Origin: Diplonema japonicum
Lineage: Eukaryota; Protista; Euglenozoa: Diplonemea
Assembly: GCA_964019335.1 (NCBI GenBank)
Contig: OZ025678.1
Location: 310,001 to 374,000 of the forward strand
Direction: 5' to 3'
DNA length: 64,000 nt
In this document: positions 1-8,545 of the stretch, piece after piece
How positions within the stretch are numbered: the first letter of the stretch is position 1
Layout: the number at the start of each line of letters is the position of its first letter
Position numbers and translations under genes: made by a program
The notes under the pieces: model-generated
What the model was told of the DNA's origin: nothing
Databases searched by the model: none
The model's input: only the letters and a program-made list of their open reading frames with translations

Positions 1-1317
1 TCCTTTGCAGGCACACCAGCTTACATGGCACCCGACTTCTTCAACGGAAAGGACGGCTACACCAACAAAGTAGACATGTGGGCCCTCGGGGTGACTGTGT
101 GCAACGTGGTGCTCCAAGAAGACCTGAGGAATCTCTTTCTGAAGTACCTGCATTCTAACCGGGAGCTTGTGATGGGGAAGCTTCAGACCCACCTCCCCCC
201 TGCCCTCTTGGGGGTTGTGTCCCGCCTCCTCTCCACCGACCCTTTGGAACGCCCCAGTGCACTGGAGATGCTGCAGACGAGACCCCCTGGGATGGTTCCT
301 CAGCCAACCGGAAAAAAGGTTCTTCTTGCTGTTGGGAGTGTTGGTGGAGAAGAGAGGAAAAGGAAGCTCTGCGTGGCAGTGGGGGCAGGAGCGGAGGAGG
401 TTCGGATGGCGGCAGCAAAGGCCTTCTCTTCGATGGGGCAGGAGCTCCTCAGGGTTCGCAGGTTGGAGGTCTTCGACAAGGACTTCGGGGAGTTCGTGGA
501 GGAGGACGACGGGGACATCGTGTTCCAGGACAAGGGACGGGTCCGTGTCGTGTTTGAAGCACCGCTCCCAACCACCGCTGCTACTTCAACCACCAGTGAC
601 AGCAGCAGCAACACGCACCCACCTGCTGCGAACAACACCACCCTCACAAAAGAGGAGGGGAGGCTTGCCTTGGTCAGTGCTGTTTCAAAAGGCGACCTTG
701 AGGAGATGAGGCATCTTGTTCTGGAGCGGGGTGTTGACCCTGGTGCAACGGACAGCGATGGTTTCACAGCCCTGCACTATGCAGCTCGCGGAAACAACTG
801 TGTCGAGGCTGTGGCTGCTCTCGTCTGTTCTTACGACCAGGACCCTGGTGTCAGAAGCAACGACGGTTGGACTCCGGTCCATGAAGCAGCAGAGTATGGA
901 AGTCTCGAGACAGTTAAATATCTTGTTGAAACTCGCAGTCTCGACGCAGGTGTCAAAAGCAACGATGGTCGGACACCGGTTCATCTAGCAGCACAGTACG
1001 GCCACCTCGAAACAATTAAATATCTTGTTGAAACTCTCGGTCGTCTCGACGCAGGTGTCAAAAGCAACGATGGTTGGACACCGGTTCATCTAGCAGCAGA
1101 GAACGGCCACCTCGAAACAATTAAATATTTTGTTGAAACTCTCGGTCTCGACGCAGGTGTCAAAAGCAACGATGGTTGGACACCGGTTCATCAAGCAGCA
1201 CAGAACGGCCACCTCGAAACAATTAAATATCTTGTTGAAACTCTCGGTCGTCTCGACGCAGGTGTCAAAAGCAACGATGGTTGGACACCGCTTCAATTTC
1301 TGCGTTCCATTTATTAA
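1..1317 (+). CDS. Ser/Thr kinase (C-lobe only; 5' end outside window) fused to ankyrin repeats
   Basis: Frame is open from base 1 (SFAGTPAYMAPD...VDMWALG kinase motifs). About 6 ankyrin repeats follow (GxTPVHxAAxxGHLETIKYLV). Stop TAA at 1315-1317. Confidence 0.9.
   Translation, partial: SFAGTPAYMAPDFFNGKDGYTNKVDMWALGVTVCNVVLQEDLRNLFLKYLHSNRELVMGKLQTHLPPALLGVVSRLLSTDPLERPSALEMLQTRPPGMVPQPTGKKVLLAVGSVGGEERKRKLCVAVGAGAEEVRMAAAKAFSSMGQELLRVRRLEVFDKDFGEFVEEDDGDIVFQDKGRVRVVFEAPLPTTAATSTTSDSSSNTHPPAANNTTLTKEEGRLALVSAVSKGDLEEMRHLVLERGVDPGATDSDGFTALHYAARGNNCVEAVAALVCSYDQDPGVRSNDGWTPVHEAAEYGSLETVKYLVETRSLDAGVKSNDGRTPVHLAAQYGHLETIKYLVETLGRLDAGVKSNDGWTPVHLAAENGHLETIKYFVETLGLDAGVKSNDGWTPVHQAAQNGHLETIKYLVETLGRLDAGVKSNDGWTPLQFLRSIY
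853..1293 (+). repeat. Tandem ~102-105 bp ankyrin-coding DNA repeats
   Basis: Near-identical units AGCAACGATGGTTGGACACCGGTTCAT...CTCGACGCAGGTGTCAAA, repeated 4-5 times. Confidence 0.9.
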
Positions 1318-1400
1318 ATAAAATCGCGTTTTGGGGTAGTTTAAGAGGGGATGCTCTTTACTCAAAATCCCAAACTGCCTATGACAGATAACTAACCAGC

Positions 1401-2213
1401 TTGGGGTTTCCGCTCGCTTTGGCTAGAGCAAGCAAAGACCAGCAGGGCAACAGGAAGAGATGGTGGTCGAGGTGTGGCACAGCATACATGACTACCCACG
1501 ACGGCGACGAAGCCCTGGCCCCACACTCAGCCCCAGCCCCGGCCCCGCCCCTCGCAAGCCACCACAAGAAGAAGCGAAAGGGAGGCGCATGCCCGGACGT
1601 GTACCTTGGCCACGACACCAAGCTGGTAAGGACCAACACAGATCGTGCACCAGCGCCACCTCTGCTCGTCAAATGGCGGTCCAAGAGCGCGAAGCGCGGG
1701 CAGTTGTGCGACGGACAAGCGGAGCCCGCAAAGAAGAAAGACCGCTTGGACCTCCTCAGGGCGAACCGACGGTCGGGCAAGGCCGCCGTTCACGCCCTGG
1801 CTGAAGAACATCGAGCGGGTCTGGAAGATAAGCTCTCCCACACGAAACTGGCGACGGCCGGGATCGTCGAAGCGGAAGGGGAGTGGACGCCAGAAGCCAT
1901 GATACGGGTCTGCAAACACGTGCTCGGCGAAGAGCCTAAAACCGCGAAGGAACTCGGGATTCACATGAAGTTTGTCCGGTTCGCCCTCATCCTGGACTTT
2001 GACAAGACGTGGATCATGGCCAGGTATGACTCGGAAGGCTGGAAGGCGAAGGGGGACGTCGAGAGACGGCAGCAGTTCACGCGGCACGGAGATATGAGAG
2101 CCTTGAAGGATCACTACTTCGTGGCCACTGACTGGCTGTTCTTCACCACGCTGCAGTGGCATAATGTGGGACAGCGCCACCCCCCAAGAACCACGAAGAC
2201 CTTACGCAAGTAA
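1401..2213 (+). CDS. Hypothetical basic protein, possibly derived from a mobile element
   Basis: 270-aa GC-rich ORF annotated from a TTG start, with an internal in-frame ATG at 1488. No recognisable motif. Confidence 0.35.
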   Translation: MGFPLALARASKDQQGNRKRWWSRCGTAYMTTHDGDEALAPHSAPAPAPPLASHHKKKRKGGACPDVYLGHDTKLVRTNTDRAPAPPLLVKWRSKSAKRGQLCDGQAEPAKKKDRLDLLRANRRSGKAAVHALAEEHRAGLEDKLSHTKLATAGIVEAEGEWTPEAMIRVCKHVLGEEPKTAKELGIHMKFVRFALILDFDKTWIMARYDSEGWKAKGDVERRQQFTRHGDMRALKDHYFVATDWLFFTTLQWHNVGQRHPPRTTKTLRK

Positions 2214-3187
2214 GAGTGCTGGCCCGGCGAGCTACGAGGGCAAAAAACCTCATTTCTCCTTGGAGATGAGAAGAAGAAGAAAAAAGAAAGAGAGATTCTA
2301 CCTATTAGCGAGAAAGTTTGTTCCCCCTTTTTTCACCCCAAAACGCGAGCACCAATATGCCCCCCCCCCTTTTTTTTAGTGTCGTTTTAAGGATAATTTA
2401 AAAACAACTAAAATAAAAAAAAAAGTGTCGTAAGTGTGTTAAATTTCGACAGGGCACATTGCCACGTTCCTCGCCTTCTCGATTTTGTCATCCCATTCCA
2501 TATCCGGGACATGCCCGTCATCCGGTGACACTGACCCTTCTTCAGAAGAGCTTTCGGCACGACTCTTTATGGGGTGTAAAAAAAGCAATGTTTGTGCTAC
2601 TATTTTTTTTTTCTCCCCTTGCAGTTTGACACAAAGATTTATGGGCAATATAGCGTTCAGTAAAAAGAAAGTCGCGCAATAGGGCCCCTCTTTAGAGAGA
2701 GGGGCTGTAGAGCACTTAAAATGCCTTAGCAGAATTAAAGAAAAAAGAAATGTTCCACCTAACGAGAATGTGTTCCCCTTTTTTCAACCGCGCGCACCGG
2801 ATCTAAAAAAAGCGGATCCCTGGAAACCACCTCCCCCACAATCCCTCACCCTGTGTACGGGAGGGGCCCGTTTTTTCTTTCTTTCTTTTCTTTTTAACCC
2901 TTGTTCCATTTTTTTTTATTGCGGGGGGAAGAGGAGCTTCGTTCTCTTTTCTTTCCTCCATTTCTTTTTTTCAGTGAGCACTTTATTGAATTCTTTTTGC
3001 AAAAAGGAAAGCCACATTGCCTGCTTCCCCTTTTTTTTAGGCAATCCTGTCACATACTGCAGGTTCCCTTCAAAGACATCTTTCTTCTTCCAAAACCATT
3101 GTATTCTTGGTGTTTGTTTTTCTTTGTTCCCCCCCCCCCCCCCATTCTTAATCACTTCAGCTACCTGCACAACAACAACAACAAAAT

Positions 3188-6100
3188 ATGGATCCGTCGG
3201 TACTTCAGAAGTACGAGCAAGGGGAGGGGTCGGTGTACAAGGCAGTGAAAAAGGTGGATGGAGGTATCTTTGCGATGAGGGTGATGGAGGCGCTTTCGGA
3301 AGATGAGCAAAAGAAGAACGTGGAGGAGGTGCAGCACATGCTGAAGCTGAAACACAAGAACCTTGTTCCCTGCCTTGACTTCTTCGAGACGACAAAGCAG
3401 CTGGCAAGGGAATCCCTTGGGAAGGTGTGGCGGGTTCACATCGTGATGCCCCTGTACGGAAAAGGGGACCTCTGCTCATGCGTCCAAAAGGAGGGACCCC
3501 TCTCTCCGGAGAGGGCGGACAGGCTCTTGCGGGAGATGGGAGGGGTCCTTCAGTACATTCACAGTGAGGGCTTCATCCACAGGGACGTGAAACCCCAAAA
3601 CATCATGGTGTCGGGGAAGGGACCTCTTTCTGCGGCCAGTGTTACTTGCGGCGGGGAAGGGGAGGCAGAGTTCATCCTGGCCGACCTGGGACTGTCGAAG
3701 GAGGTGTCCTCCGATGGGGTAGCGAACTCCTTTGCAGGCACACCAGCTTACATGGCACCCGACTTCTTCAACGGAAAGGACGGCTACACCAACAAAGTAG
3801 ACATGTGGGCCCTCGGGGTGACTGTGTGCAACGTGGTGCTCCAAGAAGACCTGAGGAATCTCTTTCTGAAGTACCTGCATTCTAACCGGGAGCTTGTGAT
3901 GGGGAAGCTTCAGACCCACCTCCCCCCTGCCCTCTTGGGGGTTGTGTCCCGCCTCCTCTCCACCGACCCTTTGGAACGCCCCAGTGCACTGGAGATGCTG
4001 CAGACGAGACCCCCTGGGATGGTTCCTCAGCCAACCGGAAAAAAGGTTCTTCTTGCTGTTGGGAGTGTTGGTGGAGAAGAGAGGAAAAGGAAGCTCTGCG
4101 TGGCAGTGGGGGCAGGAGCGGAGGAGGTTCGGATGGCGGCAGCAAAGGCCTTCTCTTCGATGGGGCAGGAGCTCCTCAGGGTTCGCAGGTTGGAGGTCTT
4201 CGACAAGGACTTCGGGGAGTTCGTGGAGGAGGACGACGGGGACATCGTGTTCCAGGACAAGGGACGGGTCCGTGTCGTGTTTGAAGCACCGCTCCCAACC
4301 ACCACTTCAACCACCCGTGGCAACGCATCAGGCAGCTTCGGCGCTGCAGTGTGGGGGGCTGCTGTAAACATGGGCTTTCCTCCAGCTACCACGAACGGCA
4401 CTTCCAGCTTGGGCTTCTGCACTACATCGGGTGGCTTCGGCACCACATCAAGTGGCTTTGGCACCGCATCGGGTGGCTTCGGCACAGGTGGATTCAGCAC
4501 CGCATCGAGTAGCTTCGGCACCACATCGGGTGGCTTCGGCATCGCATCGAGTGGCTTTAGCACTGCATCGACTGGCTTCGGCACCACATCGGGTGGCTTC
4601 GGCACAGGTGGATTCAGCACCGCATCGAGTAGCTTCGGCACCGCATCGGGTGGCTTCGGCACCACATCGGGTGGCTTCGGCACCACATCTGGTGGCTTCG
4701 GCACCACATCGGGTGGCTTCGGCACAAGTGGATTCAGCATCGCATCGAGTAGCTTCGGCACCGCATTGGGTGGCTTCGGCACTGCATCAACTGGCTTCGG
4801 CACCACATCAGGTGGCTTCGGCACGAGTGGCTTCAGCACTGCATCAAGTGGCTTTGGCACCGCATTGGGTGGCTTCGGCACTGCATCGACTGGCTTCGGC
4901 ACTGCATCGGGTGGCTTCGGCACCACATCGGGTGGCTTCGGCACAAGTGGATTCAGCATCGCATCGAGTAGCTTCAGCACCGCATTGGGTGGCTTCGGCA
5001 CTGCATCGGGTGGCTTCGGCACCACATCGGGTGGCTTCGGCACAAGTGGATTCAGCATCGCATCGAGTAGCTTCGGCACCGCATTGGGTGGCTTCGGCAC
5101 TGCATCGGGTGGCTTCGGCACCGCATCAAGTGGCTTCGGCACCGCATCGGGTGGCTTCGGCACCGCATCAAGTGGCTTCGGCACTGCATCAACTGGCTTC
5201 GGCACCACATCGGGTGGCTTCGGCACCGCATCGGGTGGCTTCGGCACGGGTGGCTTCAGCACCACATCGGGTGGCTTCGGCACGGGTGGATTCAGCACTG
5301 CATCGAGTGGCTTCGGCACTGCATTGGGTGGCTTCGGCACTGCATCGGGTGGCTTCGGCACTGCATTTGGTACCGCTAGGTCCTGCAAGAAGTTTGAAGA
5401 AAATCCTTCCACTTGCACTGGTTTCGGTATCGGCAACAACAAGCAAGAAGCGCCTGCAGAGACAGAGACCGCCAACAAGCCTGCATTGTACAACAAAGAC
5501 CTGGACGAGGGTGTGGCATACAAGCCTGGTGTTGCTGGGGGTTGGTTGTGCACGAGGTGCAAAAACAAGAAGGAGATTAAGAACCCCGAGAGGTTCAAAG
5601 GCAGGGTGAGCCTCACCAGTGACTGCAAGACGTGTGCGAGGTCTGTGACCTTCAAGTGGACCCCTTCAAGCGGCACGGCTGCTCCTGTTGCTGTTGAGAA
5701 GCCTAAGTCAGTGGAACCTATTTTTGGTGGATTTAGCGGTTCTTCGGCCGCATCTACATTGAACTTTGCCAACACCAACACCTTCACGGGCTTCGGCGTC
5801 TCTTCAACACCTGCTTTCGGGAACAGCATACCGATGTTCCACACTGGACTCAAAACAGAAGAACCGAAAAAGGAACAGCCTGCAGAGACAACGGTCGCCA
5901 ACAAGCCTGCATTGTACAACAAAGACCTGGACGAGGGTGTGGCATACGAGCCTGGTGTTGCTGGGGACTGGTTGTGCACGAGGTGCAAAAACAAGAAAGA
6001 GATGAAGAACCCCGACAGGCTCAAAGGCAGGGTGAGCCTCACCAGTGACTGCAAGACGTGTGTGAGGTCTGTGACCTTCAAGTGGACTCCTTCAAGCGGC

Positions 6101-6478
6101 ACGGCTGCTCCTGTTGCTGTTGAGAAGCCCAAGTCAGTGGAACCTACTTTTGGTGGATTTGGCACCTTCACGGGCTTCGGCGTCTCTTCAACACCTGCTT
6201 TCGGGAACAACACACCCATGTTCGTCACCGGACTAGAATCGAAAAGGGAGGAGAAACCTGCAAAGACAGGGGGTGTGGCATACGAGCCTGGTGTTGCTGG
6301 GGACTGGTTGTGCACGAGGTGCAAAAACAAGAAAGAGATGAAGAACCCCGAGAGGTTCAAAGGCAGGGTGAGCCTCACCAGTGACTGCAAAACGTGTGTG
6401 ATGAGGTCTGTGACCTTCAAGTGGACCCCTTCAAGCGGCACGGCTGCTCCTGTTGCTGTTGCCCAGGTCACCTGGTAA
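3188..6478 (+). CDS. NEK-like kinase domain (degenerate motifs) + FG-repeat region + three CxxC-x21-CxxC Zn-ribbon repeats
   Basis: 1096-aa ORF with HRDVKPQN, DLG and GTPAYMAPD motifs, then a long run of GGFGT(T/A)S units, then WLCTRC...DCKTC three times. Confidence 0.85.
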   Translation: MDPSVLQKYEQGEGSVYKAVKKVDGGIFAMRVMEALSEDEQKKNVEEVQHMLKLKHKNLVPCLDFFETTKQLARESLGKVWRVHIVMPLYGKGDLCSCVQKEGPLSPERADRLLREMGGVLQYIHSEGFIHRDVKPQNIMVSGKGPLSAASVTCGGEGEAEFILADLGLSKEVSSDGVANSFAGTPAYMAPDFFNGKDGYTNKVDMWALGVTVCNVVLQEDLRNLFLKYLHSNRELVMGKLQTHLPPALLGVVSRLLSTDPLERPSALEMLQTRPPGMVPQPTGKKVLLAVGSVGGEERKRKLCVAVGAGAEEVRMAAAKAFSSMGQELLRVRRLEVFDKDFGEFVEEDDGDIVFQDKGRVRVVFEAPLPTTTSTTRGNASGSFGAAVWGAAVNMGFPPATTNGTSSLGFCTTSGGFGTTSSGFGTASGGFGTGGFSTASSSFGTTSGGFGIASSGFSTASTGFGTTSGGFGTGGFSTASSSFGTASGGFGTTSGGFGTTSGGFGTTSGGFGTSGFSIASSSFGTALGGFGTASTGFGTTSGGFGTSGFSTASSGFGTALGGFGTASTGFGTASGGFGTTSGGFGTSGFSIASSSFSTALGGFGTASGGFGTTSGGFGTSGFSIASSSFGTALGGFGTASGGFGTASSGFGTASGGFGTASSGFGTASTGFGTTSGGFGTASGGFGTGGFSTTSGGFGTGGFSTASSGFGTALGGFGTASGGFGTAFGTARSCKKFEENPSTCTGFGIGNNKQEAPAETETANKPALYNKDLDEGVAYKPGVAGGWLCTRCKNKKEIKNPERFKGRVSLTSDCKTCARSVTFKWTPSSGTAAPVAVEKPKSVEPIFGGFSGSSAASTLNFANTNTFTGFGVSSTPAFGNSIPMFHTGLKTEEPKKEQPAETTVANKPALYNKDLDEGVAYEPGVAGDWLCTRCKNKKEMKNPDRLKGRVSLTSDCKTCVRSVTFKWTPSSGTAAPVAVEKPKSVEPTFGGFGTFTGFGVSSTPAFGNNTPMFVTGLESKREEKPAKTGGVAYEPGVAGDWLCTRCKNKKEMKNPERFKGRVSLTSDCKTCVMRSVTFKWTPSSGTAAPVAVAQVTW
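4410..5380 (+). repeat. Coding minisatellite of 21-bp and 15-bp units (GGFGTAS / GGFGT)
   Basis: GGTGGCTTCGGCAC(C/T)(A/G)CATC repeated throughout the interval. Confidence 0.95.
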
Positions 6479-6569
6479 GCACGATTTTTATTTTAAAAGA
6501 ACGCTTTATTGCGTGCAAATTACGCGCAAATTTTTAGCAATGAAGCAGCAAATAAAAAATTAGCCAAGT

Positions 6570-6719
6570 GAAAATAAGATATAAAAAGCATTATTTCACG
6601 CATGGTGGCAGGGGGTTTAGCGAGTAGGGATCTTAGTTTACTTCACGAGCACAGCGAGTAAAGTAAAAAAAAACTACTAGTTAAACCTGTGCCACAAGTG
6701 GAATAATGCTCTTATTTTC
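6570..6719. mobile_element. ~150-bp palindromic (fold-back, MITE-like) element
   Basis: Paired arms GAAAATAAGA/TCTTATTTTC, AGCATTATTTCAC/GTGGAATAATGCT, GTGGCA/TGCCAC and GGTTTAGCGAGTAG/CTACTAGTTAAACC surround a central CGAGCACAGCGAG. Confidence 0.55.
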
Positions 6720-6769
6720 CCTTAATACGTTGTTTTATTTAACAAAACTCTACCACGTGGATTGGAGAG

Positions 6770-7114
6770 CAGCCATCCCAGCATCACAGATGGCCTTGCG
6801 CTGCATCGGAGACCCTGTGTGGGTGAAACAGCCGATGCACTGATGAATAACACATCGTGGTTACTTGCTTGTGGTTGATGTGGGCCTTACAGTCCAAGGG
6901 TCTGTTGACAGGCGATGGAAGAGCTTGTTTAGACACAGATTATTTTTGACTTGTTGTCACGTTTGCTTGTTTAGTTGGGTGTTCTTTGTTCCTTAAGAGA
7001 CAGTACGGTCATGAGTACTCGGGCAACCGGGTGAGCGTCTCGAGACACTTCCAACCCACCTAGTGGGTGCGACCTTAGCAAGTCGAAAAGGAAGTGGAAT
7101 TAAAAAAAAAAAAA
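6770..7114 (+). ncRNA. Candidate structured RNA or retroposon (SINE-like) 3' end with poly(A) tail
   Basis: Consecutive hairpins, a three-way junction closed by CACTTCC/GGAAGTG, G-U pairs that favour the + strand, then a 14-nt A run. Confidence 0.35.
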
Positions 7115-7213
7115 CACGCTCTACAAAACAATGGCAGTGGCCTCTCAATCATTTTTTTTATATTTACTCCCCCCTCTCGTGTGATGTTGCGAACCTCTTT
7201 ACCAGATACCAAG

Positions 7214-8256
7214 ATGCGTTTCTCGTCTGTGCTGCTGCTGTCGATGGGTGTGATGGCCCAGGGCCTCACTGAGGACTACATCAGGATGAACGCGAAGTCT
7301 ATGTGGTCCGTGTTCAAGCAGGACTACAACAAGGTGTACTCCCCCGCGGAGGAGGGGAGGAGGTACGCGATCTTCTACCAGAACATGCTGAAGGCGGCTG
7401 AGATGGGTTCCGAGTACGGAGCCTCCCCCTTCGCGGACCTCACCGAGAAGGAGTTCTCCGTGTACCACAGCGCCGGCAACGCCTTCAAGAAGGCCCCCAA
7501 GCAGCCCCTGAGGAGTTATGCTGATGTCAAGGTCTCTGCTGACCCTGTGGATTGGAGGCCCAAGGTACAAGAAAGAAAAAAGATAAAAATAAGACAAAAT
7601 AAAATTTAAATATTTACACTACTATTCTTTTTTTTTTTTAGGGAGCCGTGACCAACGTGAAGAACCAGGGCCAGTGCGGGTCGTGCTGGGCATTCTCGAC
7701 AACCGGGAACGTGGAGGGGCAGTGGTTCCTTGCGGGGCACACCCTGACCTCTCTGTCTGAGGAGCAGCTCGTGGCTTGCGACAAGAAGGACGACGGGTGC
7801 AACGGGGGCCTCCCTGTGGACGCGTACAAGTACATCGAGAGCGCCGGGGGTCTCGAGACGGAGGGGGACTACCCGTACACCTCGGGGACCGGGAAGGTTG
7901 AGGCCTGCAAGTTCGAGTCGACCAAGGTGGCCGTGAAGATCTCCAGCGGGTCGGTCCTCCCCGGGCACGAGGCCTCGATGCTGACCTGGATGGCGGCGAA
8001 CGGTCCCATGTCGATCGGTGTGTACGCTGGCGGCCTGAAGTGGCAGCTGTACACCGGCGGGATCATGAAGGGGTGCGAGGTGAGGCAGCCGGACCACGGT
8101 GTCCTCATCGTCGGCTACGGCACCGAGAGCAACGTCCAGTACTGGATCATCAAGAACTCCTGGGGCGCGAGCTGGGGTGAGAACGGTTACCTCCGTGTCA
8201 CCTACGGGGACAACTCCTGCAACATCCAGAGCATGCCTTCCTCCTCCAAGATCTAG
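7214..8256 (+). CDS. Cathepsin L/F-like papain-family (C1A) cysteine protease, pre-pro form
   Basis: Signal peptide, I29-like prodomain, QGQCGSCWAFS, DHGV and WIIKNSWG motifs. One GT-AG intron at 7565-7641 joins VDWRPK to GAVTNVKNQ. Confidence 0.95.
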
Positions 8257-8545
8257 AGTCTGTATCGCAGCCTGCGATATTCATCTTAACGTATTTTGTT
8301 AACCTTTTATTCTTTTTTGAAGTTACCGCCGCTGGTTTCTTTCTTTTTTCAGGCGTCCTGCCACATACCGCAGGTACCCTTAAATGTCTCTTTTTTTTTT
8401 TTTTTTTTTTTATGTGATTGAAAACAACATAGAGTGAATTGATGCTCCCCCCACCTCCCACTTTTATTCTTCTTTGAGGTACCAAAAAGTGAAGTTTTAA
8501 TGGGAAAAGGTTGGAGTTGGGGGGGGGGGGGGGGGTGGAAGGAAG

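Noticed and set aside
4027-6471. 814-aa minus-strand ORF and the 392-aa alternative-frame ORF at 4431
   Set aside because: These are shadows of the stop-poor FG minisatellite.
6810-6850. Hammerhead ribozyme (GAAAC and CTGATGA close together)
   Set aside because: The order and spacing do not allow stems I-III or a UH cleavage site.
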